Origin: Octopus sinensis
Lineage: Eukaryota
NCBI RefSeq assembly: GCF_006345805.1
Contig: NC_043002.1
Location: 47,678,001 to 47,742,000 of the forward strand
Length of the DNA: 64,000 bases
Reading direction: 5' to 3'
This document shows positions 1 through 14,709 of this stretch, piece after piece (position 1 is the stretch's first letter; the number at the start of each line of letters is the position of its first letter). A program made the translations under genes and the position numbers. Under the pieces are notes generated by a model. That model had not been told where the DNA came from. It did not search any database and saw only the letters and a list, made by a program, of their open reading frames with translations.

Positions 1-1194
1 TAAATAGAAATTATTACAGATGAGTGTATATGTGTGTGTGTATATACACACACGCACACACACACATATATATTTGTATATATGTATATACACACAAGAA
101 AGAGTGAGATAAAGGAGAGTAACTGAAGCCTTTGACAACTCTGTGATCAGTATCAAAAATATTTGTTTCACACTTATTCAAGAAATTCCCAATACACAAC
201 ACTGATATGAAATCAGATGCAAAAAATGCACAGCATGTCATTAGAGAAAACAAGATAACTCTGCTGCTTACAAGCTTTTGTTGATATATTTGATATGGTC
301 ATTTTTATGAGTTGTGATAAGAAGCAGCAGTCGCATATGTCTTAAACACCACCAGTTTATAAATGATGGCTATAGCGTATGATTTAATGGTAGACTTCTC
401 AAACAAATAAAAGATAACAGAAGGAAAATTGTAATAAATACTTTTTAGGATTTTGTGTATGCTTTAAAGTATTATGTGGAATTTTAATGTTTCATATTTA
501 TTCAGAATTACATTGATTACATTTATTTATAGACAAACACAAATATGTCTTTATATAATATCTTATACAATATTTCATGATTTATTTATACTGCTTACCT
601 TTAATTAATCTGCACTCCACAGGTACTACTATTAGAATTAGCATGTGTTTAGTATTTCTAAACAATGACTATGTTTCAGAAATAATATTAAATAGAATAT
701 TTCTCTTTATGTTTATAATTCATTTCATTTGATTAATAATATTAAATTTTATTATAAACATTTTAAAACTCTACTTAGTTTAGTTTCCCCTTTGAAGAAA
801 GACATTTCAGTCAATTCAAGAGTTGAAAGAAGAAAAGAATATGAGTCAACAAACTGGAGGAATTTCTTCCAAGAAGCCGACAGAATGGTTTCCGAATTAT
901 TACCAGAGAATCTAATAATGTTTCTAAACCATAGTTAGAAAGCTGTTGGGTTTGGAAAAAAGGTTGAGAAGAAATATTTCAAATGAATCAAAATAGAAAC
1001 ATTCTATGATTCCTTTCTGTAACCTGGAAGAATTTAATTATTTAAGAATTCCTTTTTCATAAACAAAGTCATAAGATAAGACATTAAAAACTTGCTTCTT
1101 TCTATAAATAATCTACAAAACTTTTCTTCCTCAAATATCTTATATAGGTATATAAATGTATTTAACAATATAAGATATAAATGATATTGCTCAC

Positions 1195-1410
1195 GATTTT
1201 TACAGCTCCCATGGTGGTAAACTTTGATGTCTCGCTGACTCTTGCATGCTTCCGTCCTCAGATAGCAGTCATTGCTATATGTGATCCCATCAGTACCACA
1301 AACTGTTGCGATATCTAGTGAGCACATCAGGTTACAACGGCAGACTGGCTTTCGTTTATCATCCAACAAACAGACTGTTTGATCGGAACAAATGAACCCA
1401 TCACAAGGAT
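1195..1410 (-). CDS. Internal coding exon: follistatin-N/EGF-like + Kazal domain (agrin-like or other follistatin-repeat protein)
   Basis: Translation (D)PCDGFICSDQTVCLLDDKRKPVCRCNLMCSLDIATVCGTDGITYSNDCYLRTEACKSQRDIKVYHHGSCKN has the FOLN-Kazal cysteine pattern and the CGTDGxTYxNxC motif. Minus-strand acceptor gttttcatttcttgcag lies just above 1410 and donor gtgagc just below 1195. Length 216 bp, phase 1-1, as expected for modular follistatin-domain exons. Confidence 0.9.
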
Positions 1411-3399
1411 CTGCAAGAAATGAAAACAATAATATATACAAACAGAATATATATATATATTAAATTAAATTTTAATAATAACTTCTAATAATATCTTGAT
1501 GTTGACTTTTCTTTCCTTTCTCTTCGTCAGTGATTTGTGCCAATTTGGTATAATTGGGTCCTGATATACTTCCACTTAACCATTAACCTTTTCCAGCTTA
1601 GTAGGTTTTAAAAGTTGAATAACATGCAGTTGGAGCAAATTATTGGTGTCATTTTTTTTTTACATGAACAAATAGGTTAAAATAGTGGTCATAACATTTG
1701 CAATATCTCTTAATTACACTTTTATATTTGAAATTCCTTTTCCCACTGAAACTTTTAATAAATTAAAGTCATCATGATAAAAACACTATTTATTTAATAT
1801 AGGATTATTAGTAAAAACAATTCTGTTAATTAATTAGTATTTAATCAACAATCTCAAACATTACAGAAATTGAAATATGAATGGTGATAATGAAAAAAGG
1901 AAGAAGTTGAAAAATAATGTAGTAGAATGACTGTAGGCAGTGACATGACAAAATATCTCTAATTCAAATTTGAAATTCTATGTACTGACAATATTTTCTT
2001 TAATTTTCCAAACATTCCAGTCAAGAATTTACCGTGATTTTTTAATTATATTGACATATAATCTTGTTCATTTATATTCAAAAGAGTTGTGATGAGAAAT
2101 AGTTGCTAAGAATCAAATTATTTTATTCAGCTAAAATGTTGAGATTCCTCGTTGGAATTACAAGTACAAGTAATAATGATTTAGCATTTGTGAATGATCA
2201 ATAACAAGACATTATTTGCAGTAAGGCATTATTTGAAACTAATACTACTTGTCCCATCTCAAAGAGATTGAGAGATCAATAAAACTAACATCAAGAAGCC
2301 ATCTAATCTCTTTCTTAATAAACATTCTATCAAATGAAGAAAAGTGTTGAGTTTTAGAAGTAATTGGTTTCAATTCAATGTATAGGTGGGAGAATACGAA
2401 AGGATGGGGGGTCACTAACATAGGAACAAATCAAGTTATGGAATGATTTATTCACAATCCTTTGTGTTTAAATTTAACAGAGTCTTAATGTTTAAGAAAC
2501 ATATATTCCAGAATTATACAGAAATATAGGTCAAAACATTTAAATAGATATTTTTATACAATTAACTAAATAAGGAGATGTCTAAAAAAAAAGATGAAGA
2601 ACCAGATAGTAGCTTTTTAAAGTTGATGGCCTTCAAGGATTCATCTAGTAGTAAGGAATGCAAATGCAGATTTTGTATTGATTGACATGCTTGTGAAAAA
2701 TGTCCATATATTTTGTGGCCATGACAAATTCTTACATGACAAACAGAACACTTGTTGTAGAAACTTAGCACAAAAGCAGCTTCTTTATCTAATGGTTAAT
2801 TTGTTAATGATAGTAATAGTATGGTAATTGCATTTAGAAGGAAGAAAGATTGCTGATAAGCGTCTAAGTTTTTCTGAACAGCTTTTAGAGAACAAAACTG
2901 GATGATTGCTTGTTTCAAAATCAATGGAGATTTCTCAAGGAATCTTAGCCAAGATTCTATAAATAAATAAATCTCTAATACCTTCTCTTGATATACACAA
3001 GCAGTTACAACCTCAGAAAGTACATGTATGTTGAGGCCATACAGAAAATTGACATAAGATTCAATGACATTACTTAGTTTCTGTTCTTGACTGCAATTGG
3101 AATATGTGAAAAATTGTATTCTGCTAATCAATAAAGATGCAATTGAGAGTAACAACTGCAGTATTGTAGTAGATGCAATTTGCCATGAGGCAGAAAGCTG
3201 AAGATGAGATGAAGTTAGTAGGTACAGGGAATCTTTGTTGCTCATTTAATCAAAGGAACTCAGTAACAAAGACGTTAGAATAAATATGCATGTTATTTTG
3301 ATTCTTATTGTTCTCTGTGCATATGATGGTTTATTTCTGGTTGGCATATATCAGCATACATCAGCAGACAATTTGTTTTGTAACATTATAAAGAGCCAT

Positions 3400-3800
3400 A
3401 AGCTCTTATTAGATTTGATAGCCTAGGGTGCCTCTAGGTGATAAGACACAATGCTGTTGAAACACTAGGTGTTCCAGAGTTTCTTTGTGCTAATGATTCA
3501 AGTGTGTTATGAACACACATTCATCTTAAAGGAGTCGCTCTCCTTTGACAAAACACAACAGTGATAAATATATCCACATTCATAGCTGTCACAATGTATT
3601 AAGAAAAAACATACAAGTCATTGTTTTGATCCTCACTTTCACCATCCATATGATGACTTGATATTCAAGCATTTAGTTTTGCAGCATGTTGATTTGATGC
3701 CTGTATCTAATAAAATGGTATAAGAGCAATGTAACCAGAAAAAATTTTCCATTCTTATTTAACTGCAGAAGGACTTGTCCTGGAGTACTTCCGAGTTGAA
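3400..3800 (-). mobile_element. Highly decayed Tc1/mariner-superfamily transposase fragment
   Basis: Minus-strand pieces SDSFKMNVC and VFQQHC resemble the (ER)DSPKVNVWC and VFQQDGA motifs of ITm transposases. Many stops; no TIRs identified. Confidence 0.35.
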
Positions 3801-5184
3801 TTTTCAAAAAGAATTGTTTCTCAGTTGTAATCAAATATACTGTGGAAGCAAGAATGATTGCTATGATTCCAATCAGTATCCAGATCCCTAAGGTATCACA
3901 CACGTTTATTGTAAACTGGTTCATTCATTCATTTTTACACCCGTTTTTTTATGTTTGAGTGTGTGAGATGAATATATTATTGAAGCATTGTTTTACAACT
4001 GGATGTCCTTTCTGTCACTAATATTTCCCTCTTTTTCAAGAAAAAACATTTCTTATCTCTCACAACTTTGAAAAAGTAAATCCAGTGGACGAATTGTTGA
4101 CTGGGTGAATAACAGCAACATCACTCACATGCACATACCCCCCACACCCACCTCCACTTCACATAATTATTGTTCTACCTTTAATTTAAGAGTTACTGAA
4201 ATATCTGTTGTATATATATATATATTTACACACACACACACACATGCATACATACACATAAATACACACAGACATTGAAAAGTTGCTATTTCAAGTGAGA
4301 CAGTGTAACAATTAACCTCTCCTTAAACTCCATGTAAATCCACATATGGCTAACTTTCAACCAGAAATTCATTAGGTGTTATATACATTATGATAGATTG
4401 CAGTGTGTATATCCAAGATAAAAACAAAACAGGAGATTCAGTTGTTACAGAAATTTTTTAGTATTACATCATAAATCATATAGTCTTTACATATATTTCA
4501 TTACTGTCTACTAGTACTTTGTGCAGTAGTCATTACAAAGATATGTGAACTGCGAGTACATACAGTAAAAATCTATAAAAGCAGCAAAGGGAAATAAATT
4601 TGTAATTCTGTTTTGGAACTTGGAACTGGATCTCACAATATAAGCTATAATTAACAGCATGTAAATATTGGTTTGAAAATTTCTTTGGATAGAACAATTG
4701 AAGGCTGGCTATGGGATGTGAATCCACATCTCAAAAGACATGACAAATGTTCTACCATTGGTTTTTTTCAACCCAAAATTTAAATGCTACTATTTATAGC
4801 TTTATGTGTGCTTCAAGATCAAATTCTAAAAAGAAATCATTTCATGTTCTTACAAAAGTTTATAAATTCTCATGATGACAAAGGAATTTATCTTTAATTT
4901 TATTGGTGAGATAAAGAGACAGGGAGAAAATTAAACCTGAGTGTAGCCGGGGTGCTTGTTTGAAAAGAAAATTTTGGCTCATACAATCATTATATCACAG
5001 AAAAACCCAAGCTACTGGTGATAAATACTGAAGAATGTGAGAGAGATAGTATTCTAGTTATCTTTAGGTCAGATTGGCGATGTAAGCGTACATTTATATT
5101 TATCACATATGACTTTACATCCTACCTATGTTTATAGATATCTGTACATACATACGTGCATGCATACATACATACATACGTACA

Positions 5185-5218
<34 letters not shown>

Positions 5219-5489
5219 CATACATGCATACATGCATGTATACACACACATACACACACACAAGGATGGTAACAGTGATTTTGAATCTGTACTGATGTCA
5301 TATGAAATATGTACTGTGACACTGAAGCAACATCTACAGCAGAAGAAAGAGGCCAGTAACTATACTACTCAAGTTTGTGATTGAAATCAACAACATAATC
5401 AAGATAGCTAATAAACTTGAGGAGATGCATGAAATAAAAAAGTTTAATACAGATCTCACCTCAAGGAACATTGGTAAATTCTATTTGTC

Positions 5490-5880
5490 AAAAGAATAGT
5501 AAAAAGAAAGGGGGACCAGTTCACTGAGAAAATAGTGCATGGATATTTGGCACTACAGAAATAAACCATAGAAGGAATTGATCATATCAAAAGCTTGGTA
5601 TGGAAGGCTGACAAGTTTACGACATCCCACTCTGAAAGCTTTCACCATGCACTTCAAGAACAAGATATCTCTACCAAGTATTTGCAGCATGAAATGCAGG
5701 AAACATTGCTAAACAACAAATGTAGGCTGTGCAAAACCAAGACTGAAGTCTTCTGTCTTGGTTTTGTCATTATTGCCAACTACAAAAGAAATGATTTCTA
5801 GATATTATCTTCTCATGAGGCATGATGTGGCCAGAACAGTTTGAAACAGGATAACAAAGAAGAAAACATCAGTTGACTAT
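5490..5880 (+). mobile_element. Degraded RLE-type (R4/Dong-like) non-LTR retrotransposon fragment, zinc-knuckle region
   Basis: ALQEQDISTKY...NNKCRLCKTKTE followed by an RHDVA-like segment (aggcatgatgtggcc) matches the conserved QEQ..CRLC..RHD block before the restriction-like endonuclease. Confidence 0.6.
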
Positions 5881-5959
5881 ATTAATACCAATCAGTCTAC
5901 ATGATAAAGTAATTATGATTTTGTTTAAATGAAGTATTTGACTATAATTCTATTTCACC

Positions 5960-7050
5960 TGGGTGGATTTGCACCAGTAGAATTTAAATGTCCTTCAAGT
6001 GCTATATTTTCACACAAAGAAGCATTTCTGATTAAGCTAGGTAATTTATTATTACCTAATAGGATATTTAGGGCTTCTGTTGAACATAATCAGTATTCTT
6101 TTTTATTACCACAATAAGAAGAGGTTCTTGTTAAGATGTGCAAGTGTAGATTGTATTTTTTTATTCACTGAGTGAAGCTTAAAGATATATTCAGTCAGTC
6201 TAGTTGAACTCTGAAATTTTTCATACCTAAAGCTGTGTATATGCTTGTTTTAACAATATTTAAAGAAAATAGCTTCTATGCAATAACAAGTTACATATTT
6301 AACAGTAGCGTCTAAGAGCGCAAGCAGACATTGCTCTACAGTTACAGTTAGATTGTTCTGTAGAATAGGCTCAAGTTCATGAGGGTCCAAGGTTTTATGA
6401 TTATCCTTTGTTTCTACTATACTGAGTCTGTTATTCTATCCATCCAAGTCATTTTCTGGTTAGAACCTCTATAAAAAATTTCTATCACATTTATTAGAAT
6501 TACATTTTATATGGGTTGATTGTAAAGTGTGAGAATTACAATGTAATGGGTTATTATTATGAATAAGAGTATAAGTGGTCTTAAATTTTGATTTGCTTTT
6601 TGCTAACTTGCCAATAAGGTGTACCGTGTTATCTTTTAAATTGTGTTTATTTGTTATGTCACCATTAGGCTGATCACCCTTGTGTTGAATGCTGGTATTG
6701 GAATTGCATGTGCATGTTTGGAGTTTTTTATTGTTGTTTTCTGCATTTTGAATTAATCTCGTATTTAGGTTATGTAGATTTGTATAGTAAGATATTTTTT
6801 TGCTTGTGAATTATCATTATTATATTTATCCATTTCATTGGCATTAGTGAATTCTATACTCATTAGGTAAAGAGCTGTGGAGTAAGAGAATTTAACTGTA
6901 CATTAATCTAAAATACAGTTCAGGGGATTTTTCTATCAAACATTCATTAACATTTTAGAAATATTCGGTCTAATATTTTCTGATGATCTGGAATATAAAG
7001 TGGTTTTGTAATAATTACAACATGGCATACTAGTATGTAGTGGTAAAATA
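5960..7050 (-). mobile_element. Degraded Penelope-like element (PLE), RT-linker to GIY-YIG endonuclease region
   Basis: Minus-strand peptides TVKFSYS (~6880-6900) and HSFRYEKFQSSTRLTEYIFKL (~6175-6237) resemble the PLE motifs TVKxSYS and HxxSF....STxLSxYIWxL, in the expected order. Heavily interrupted. Confidence 0.5.
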
Positions 7051-7147
7051 TGTGTGAGGTTTATGAAATTTACGACATGATAATAATATTTTTTCATTAC
7101 AAATGGATCTCCAGTTTTATTCTGATATTGGGTATATATATATAGAA

Positions 7148-7553
7148 TCTTTTATACTTTTACTTGTTTCAGTCATTTGACTGTGGCCGTGCTGGGCCAC
7201 TGCCTTGAAGCGTTTTAGTTGAACAAATCAACCCCAGGACTTTCTTTTAGCCCAGTACTTATTCTATTGGTCTTTTCTGCTGAACCACTAAGTTATGGGA
7301 ATATAAACATACCAACACCAGTTGTCAAAAGATGAAGGCAGGGAGTGGGGTGACAAATATAGACATAAAGACACACACACATAGATATATATAAATAGAT
7401 ATTTGAGGGACTTCATTCAGTTTTATGACTACCAAATACAGTGATAAGGCTTTGGTCAGCCTGAGATTATAACAGAAGACATTTGCCCAAGTGGAACTGG
7501 ATCCAGACCCATGTGGTTGGGAAACAAGCTTTTTACCACACAGCCACACCTGC
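7148..7553 (-). mobile_element. SINE family A, apparently full length, with internal microsatellite
   Basis: The reverse complement starts ggtgtggctgtgtggtaaaaagcttgtttcccaaccacatgg and ends gtcaaatgactgaaacaagtaaaag. Homologous pieces recur at ~24255, ~42957, ~45720, ~51010 and ~59050. Confidence 0.75.
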
Positions 7554-7554
7554 A

Positions 7555-7590
<36 letters not shown>

Positions 7591-7593
<3 letters not shown>

Positions 7594-8593
7594 TAGCATT
7601 AAAGACCCATCGTTGCCGGGTCATAGTGCTAGTGTATGTATATATGTGTACATATATGTGTACATATTACATGTACATCTATATATATACATTTACACAT
7701 AAAATACAAAATACAAAGTTATATCTTGATATCACTAGTGATAACAATACTCAAAATATATAACAGACTGGAATTGTTAGCCCGTCTCTTGTAATTTCGA
7801 TCAATTGTATCTTGTCCTCCCTCTTGTATAGAAGTGTGGCTACAATCCAGCCTACCTCTACTTTGGGGGGGGGAAGCATTTAAAATTTTTTTCCGGGACG
7901 TCCTACATCCCAGATATAAAGGTAAAAATAAAATATTTTCACTTTGCAAGTTTGAGTTGAGTACTCCCTTGCATGCTCCATTGACTTGAACCTTGCTTCT
8001 ATTGTGGCGAACTTACCGCCTGTGATTAGATACCTTTCATAGTCGCACCAAGACACTTTTCAAAGGTGCTTTCCTCCATGTGTTCAAATCTTTTTTCTCT
8101 ACATTGTATACTTTATAGACAATAGTCTTTTCTTTAACTTAATTTTTTATTATCCATCTGGACTATTCCATTTCTGCACGCTAATTTTATTTCTAATTTA
8201 TTCCCATTCATGTAAAACCACTTATTCAAGTTCAAGTCATTGATGCAATTTTATACCAATTGCTATTTTATGTTACGATTATATTATACTTTAGTTTGAT
8301 TTTAATTATTACTTACTACATATAATTCAACTGTTATTATTATTTTTATTGTTAAAGTGAAAATATCTGACATAAAATAGAGAAACGTTTTTGTTTCACT
8401 TTTAACTCGTAATAATGAAATAGTGGAGAAGATATGATATTGCTATGGGCTCGCTCTAGGCAAGAAGTTGAACATTTTTTTGCCCATGAAACTACATGGA
8501 CCCTAAGTAAGGCATGTGTAAAATTTGAATGAAATTGGTTGTGTAGTTCTCAAGTTTTAGGGAAACACACAGACAGACAGACACACATTCTCA

Positions 8594-8600
<7 letters not shown>
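7591..8600. mobile_element. Putative Helentron-associated / DINE-1-like non-autonomous element
   Basis: Starts TACTAG followed by acccatcgttgccggg. Ends with aaatttgaatgaaattggttgtgtagttct, a (CAGA)n tract and ttttatatatat, the architecture typical of HINE/DINE-1-like repeats. Flanked by (TA)n on both sides. Confidence 0.45.
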
Positions 8601-8633
<33 letters not shown>

Positions 8634-9596
8634 TATGAGTATGAGTAAGTATTTCATTTATGTCTTATGTACTTATCGCTGAGGAGGAGAAAATTCTTAT
8701 GAATTAACTTTGAAATTGGGACCAATACGGTAATAACGGAATTTTTTAGAAATTTCTCTCAGCTTGTTTTGAGACGCATGTTAATAATGATAAATTATAA
8801 TGATTATTGACAATTTGTCTATTTTCGGCATATTTGGCACTAGAAGTTTTTTCTTTTGCCCTTATTTTATAAGTTATATATATATATATATAATTTTTTT
8901 CTTTTGTATTTGGTTTGCAATATTCTTGATGTGAACTCATGTGATGAAATACATTTTTGTTTTATCAGTGGAGGCAAACTAGATAGAAACATTGAATCTA
9001 AGGAAAATGAAGTGGTAATAGTAGGAATAGAGGTAGTAATAATAGTATTGACAACAGTAATAAAATCTGTAATAATAATCTACTAAAACATAACAATGAT
9101 GATAATAACAACAACTACAATCCCTTTAACACCCAATGGTTTTTCTTCAACTCTTATGACAGATTCCATGACATGAAATGTATTAATTCTACAAGTCTCA
9201 ATAAAAAAGTCTCTATCCTTCCATTTGCATCAACCAGAGGTTAAACTGAAGCTTAAATGTAACTATACTATAGAAACTACAGGAACACCAGGAACTATAG
9301 GGAAGTAGAGGCCCACCAACTTGGCATGGGATCGCAAAGGGCCTACAAAAATTAAAACAATATGCTATGAACAAAGAAATGTTATGCCTTCATACCAATA
9401 AGTCTGGCAGAATGTCAGTAGATAGCTTGCTGAACTATATCCAAACAATGCAACTGCACATCAACAACATGAGAGAAGTTACATCACTGGAACATGACAA
9501 CATAGAAAAAATTCTAAATACTAAGGAAAAAGAACCAGTGCATATGTTTATTAATAGCATAACAACTCTTCCAAGATACAACAATATCCATATTGT

Positions 9597-9648
<52 letters not shown>

Positions 9649-12600
9649 TATATGTATACATATATATTATTTACATGATATAAAAAAAATTTTAAGATAT
9701 TATTTTATTTGTAATTAACAAATGACAGTGAAATGTTTTATGTGGCATTAAAATATGGTAATTTAAAATTGTTATGATAACAATTATAATTTAGCAAGTA
9801 TTTAATTTCAAGAGATAAAAAGTCATCAAGAGATTTTAGTGTCAAAAGTTGTCATAATAATAATAATGATAAAAAGTAATATCCATAAGTGAAGTACTTT
9901 TTAAGTGTTATAAAAATGTGAATTAGAAATTGTTTTAGAAAAAGAATGCCAGTAAACCGTTTTGCACATATTTTCAGTAAGGGGAGAAGTATACATTATT
10001 TTAGCTTTTAAATAATCTGCAATGCAAATAGGATACATTCATGAAAGAGAATATATAAATAATATTAACGGTATCCTTTTCCTTTTTAAAAGGATGCAAT
10101 AAGTAGATTATATAATCAAACAATTGTCTAGATTTTAAGAATATATTAATACTGGTTCAAGATGTGAAAAGCAAAACTATCACTTGAAAGAAATTTTTGA
10201 AATATAAAATACATTAAAATTTATATTCATCAAAATTCAATTTAGAAATACAGCTAGATGATTTAAATAACAAAATTGATTCTTACATAAAAATTTAAGT
10301 GAACTAAGAATCACTTTTGTTTTCACAGTAAATTTTTTCTATGTAGAGAAAAAAATTGAGCCTGTAACTTATTTGATACATCACTTAATTGAACAAATTT
10401 AAAAATTATTTTAACTGTACTTTTCTAATATTTTACTGAACAGAGAAACATTTAATTTGATGTGTATTTCTCAGAATTCCAAATCAGATTGATAAAGCTT
10501 GGATTTCTTAAACTGCAAAAAGCATATTTTAAGTGATTTGGAAAGAACATTTAAAGTAAATACACTCTAAAGTTTGTAGACTTAGATAATTGAAGAAAAT
10601 AGCATCGTTAAAACAGCTGTCAATTGTCAAAAAGAAGAAAGAAAAAGAATTTTAAAATCAATATAACTTTGCTTTAATAAAGTAAAAATTTATTTAAGAT
10701 CTAAAAAATTTAGGAACCAACTTTTATTAAAAATGAAAACCTATAATAAGTTACTTTTTAAAATAGATTTTACATATTTCTCAAGTGTTCCTGCAAGAAA
10801 GAAACTCTAATTTTAGTTTGTGGTAATGAGAATCTATTATCAACATGTGACAATTGAAATTTAGCATTCTATTTCTTGAGGCTGTCTATTTCTTATCAAA
10901 ATGACTATTCAAAAGTGATTGCTTATTTTTGATACTGGAATGCATCATATTTTATTGCTCTATTTTATACTTTTAAATAAATTTCTTCATAAACAACATA
11001 CAGAGCCTGCTTTACTAATAGCTTTTCTCTTTTTACCACATCTTTCACTGCTACCACAGCTACCATTCTGTATAAATTGCTGTTTCTATTTAAAACATAT
11101 TTCTGTATCTGGTTTTTTATATTTTGGCACCTTGTAATGCATTTTTTTTTTCAGAAAATTCCATACAAAAAATAAATAGATAATAGTATAGTCAGTTTTC
11201 TTTTAAAAAACAGGACTTTTGAACTATTTTCCTGCCCACCATACATTATTTATGTTGCTGTTTTACATCAAATATTTTTTCCATTAAAGCATTAGTGAAT
11301 ATTTATTTGCAAATTTAGATACTCACATATTAGATATGTTTTCCCTGCTTTTAAACAAACCAATAAGTATTAGGTAAGAGAGATAACTTGTAAAAAACCA
11401 AAAAAGACCTATTGCAATTAGAGAAATGGCTGCATTGAGATTTCAATTCTTGCCTATGTGGTCAGTAATTCACTGTCTGATCCTCTTGTCACATGACTTC
11501 TATAAAAATTCACATAAAATATCAACTATTTTCTCGTTGACACGAAGTATATAATATAGAAAATGACATTTACGCATGCATACACACACACACACGCATG
11601 CTTTCTCTCTCTCTCTCTCTCACCCAACTTCCTTTCTCCCTGTCTCTAATGTTTTATCTGTAAAAAATATCCCAATCTTGGAATCATGAAACTAACAGTC
11701 TGTACAATAGATACCAAGAGGCAAGTTAATTACATTATTCAAGTGATCACTAATTTTCTCAGAACAGAAGCAAGAATTGAGACTATAAGCCAAAGAACAT
11801 CAATCATTAAATAATTTTCGGTGCATTTTTGCATATTTAAACTATTTCAGATTCAGGTGTAAATAAACTAATATTTAGATATGCTCTAGAGTAACTAAAT
11901 TATGAATTATCTTGTCTTTTTTCTTTAATCAAGGGAATACTAAGTGAAAATGCATTTTTGATCATTTCAATTTAAAACTGAAAATCTCAAAAGAAAATGG
12001 CAAAACTTAATCATCCACCTGTTGTTGTATTTTTTTGAGACACTTTACTTTTAGGATTGTATATTAATAACTCAACTTTTAGCATGTGCTAAAATACTTT
12101 GCATCTGTTATTTCTAGAATAGATAAAATTCTTTTTGCTTCAAGTTTTACTCAAGTACAGTTTTTTTTTTAATAATGAGAAACTAGCTATTCTCATTGGG
12201 AACTTCAGTAGTTGTAAAAAAAGATGTTAAGAGGAAAATTGGAAATGCACTTCAAGAGGAGCAAAGTTTATTTTCTTAATTTTTATATTCATCAAACTGT
12301 TAGAAATAGTATTATATTGTTGCAGAATGAGGCATTTCTGCTTTTCTGAACAGTGTCAGAAAGACATCATTCAGCTTCAATTATACACTATTATGAAAAG
12401 ACAATAAATATAATTTCAGGAGAATTTTAGAATGAAAATAGAAAAAAATGACCTAATCATTCTACATTTTTGTCTTGTTTCACAGACAAATGGCTGGCAC
12501 CAATATAACATAATAAAATTACTAAGAATAATGAAAGTGAAAAATAAGAATATAGTGCACATACAGTGTCAATCAGAATAGAGGAATGAATATTGAAAAT

Positions 12601-13676
12601 AAATCATCAATAATGTCTCAACAAAAAAAGATAAGAAAACAATACTTGCAAATATTAAATTAAGTACACAGTAAGAGCTGTATTAACTAAGAATATATCA
12701 TATGACAAAATCATCTTAATAAAATAATCTCTTTGCTAAATATGGAATTAGACTAACTAAACTTTGGCAAATAAAAACAGTAATTAAGCTGTTAAAAATA
12801 ATTTGCCAAACACAACCTAGCTATAAAACTAAGCAGTAGATAGGTTTTAAAGTTAGAGAAAATTTTACAACTATTTAGTTTTACAAATAAAATTGGCTAG
12901 CTTTAGGATAACAACATACTAAAAATAATTTATTGTACTATAGAATATTATATTTTCAAATATAACATTATATGTTAGGACTCATACCAAAATTTTATAT
13001 AAAAGATTTAGATAGATTTGAATATGATTAGGGCTAGGGTTACTACTCAGGGCCGTCTCCAGAGGGAAACCAATCAAGCAAATCAACAAGCTTGACCACC
13101 AAAAAAACGTCACCAGTATTTTAACGAATCAAAAATCAGATTCGCTCGTGGAAAGAATTATATATACAACTGATCCCAAAACATACCACTACAAGGAAAT
13201 GCATCTACAGAAAGAGGATCAGAGAAACAGTAAACCAAATCCCCTTCTTTTACTATTTTCATTCCTCCCTTGTTTTTTTCCCTCTTCACTCAGTATGGCT
13301 AGTTGATCAGCACTAACATTAATGAACTTTTTACAGTAAAAAAATTGATAAACAGTTTTAATATCATTGCTTGCTATGAACATTCAAACTTGCATCTGTC
13401 CTCCTAATTCATAATGCTAAATTTATCTGTTTTGAAGATGTTAATTTATCAACGTTGAGACATTTTAATTTGTCAATATTGGAACATTTTCATTTGTCAA
13501 CACTGAAAATTTTAAAGATGTTTTCGTAATTCAAATTTTAACTTTTACCATTAATAAAAAAAAAAATTGTTCAAACCAGTTTGGTATATATTTAAATATA
13601 TGTATTTTGATAATTTACAAGTTTTTGAAATTGAAATTTAGGTGCATTTTCAACAACACATTTCCCTACAAAAACA

Positions 13677-14028
13677 CATATATGTATATATATAGATACA
13701 TACATATATAATATATATATATAGATACATACATATATATATACATATTATATACATATATACATATATATATATACATATATACATATATATATATATA
13801 CATATATACATATTATATATACATACATATTATATACATATATATAACATATATATACATATATATACATATATATATATTATACATATATAACATATAC
13901 ATAATATATATATATATATTACATATATATACATATATATATATACATAATATATATACATATACATATATATATACATATATACATATATATATATATA
14001 CATATATACATATATATATATACATATA

Positions 14029-14059
<31 letters not shown>

Positions 14060-14143
14060 ACATATACATATATATATACATATATATACATATACATATA
14101 TATATACATATATATACATATATATACATATATATATATATAC

Positions 14144-14189
<46 letters not shown>

Positions 14190-14198
14190 ATACATATA

Positions 14199-14229
<31 letters not shown>

Positions 14230-14262
14230 ACATATATACATATACATATATATATACATATA

Positions 14263-14293
<31 letters not shown>

Positions 14294-14430
14294 ACATATA
14301 CATATATATATACATATATATACATATACATATATATATATACATATATATTACATATATATATACATATACATACATATACATACATATATATACATAT
14401 ACATATATATATATTTATACATAGATACAT

Positions 14431-14463
<33 letters not shown>

Positions 14464-14482
14464 CATAGATACATATATATAT

Positions 14483-14536
<54 letters not shown>
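13677..14536. repeat. Long complex (TA)n/(CATATA)n microsatellite
   Basis: About 860 bp of TA dinucleotide with C interruptions on the + strand. Source of several spurious YI-rich ORFs. Confidence 0.95.
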
Positions 14537-14537
<1 letters not shown>

Positions 14538-14709
14538 TCATCATCATCATCATCATCATCGTTTAATGTTCGTTTTCCGCGCTAGCAAGGGTTGGACGGT
14601 TCGTCCGGGGTCTGGGGAGCCAGGGGCTGCTCCAAGCTCCAGTCTGATCTGGCAGTGTTTCTACAGCTGGATGCCCTTCCTAACGCCAACCACTCCGCGA
14701 GTGTAGTGG

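Noticed and set aside
2562-3245. Two minus-strand ORFs (69 and 149 aa) next to the Kazal exon
   Set aside because: No recognisable domain, no convincing splice sites, and composition typical of non-coding AT-rich DNA.
13813-14566. Long Y/I/M/C-rich ORFs here and at 17.4-18.7, 22.9-23.2, 34.6-35.1, 40.8-41.9, 53.6-54.4 and 61.2-61.8 kb
   Set aside because: These are translations of TA/CA microsatellites, which lack stop codons.
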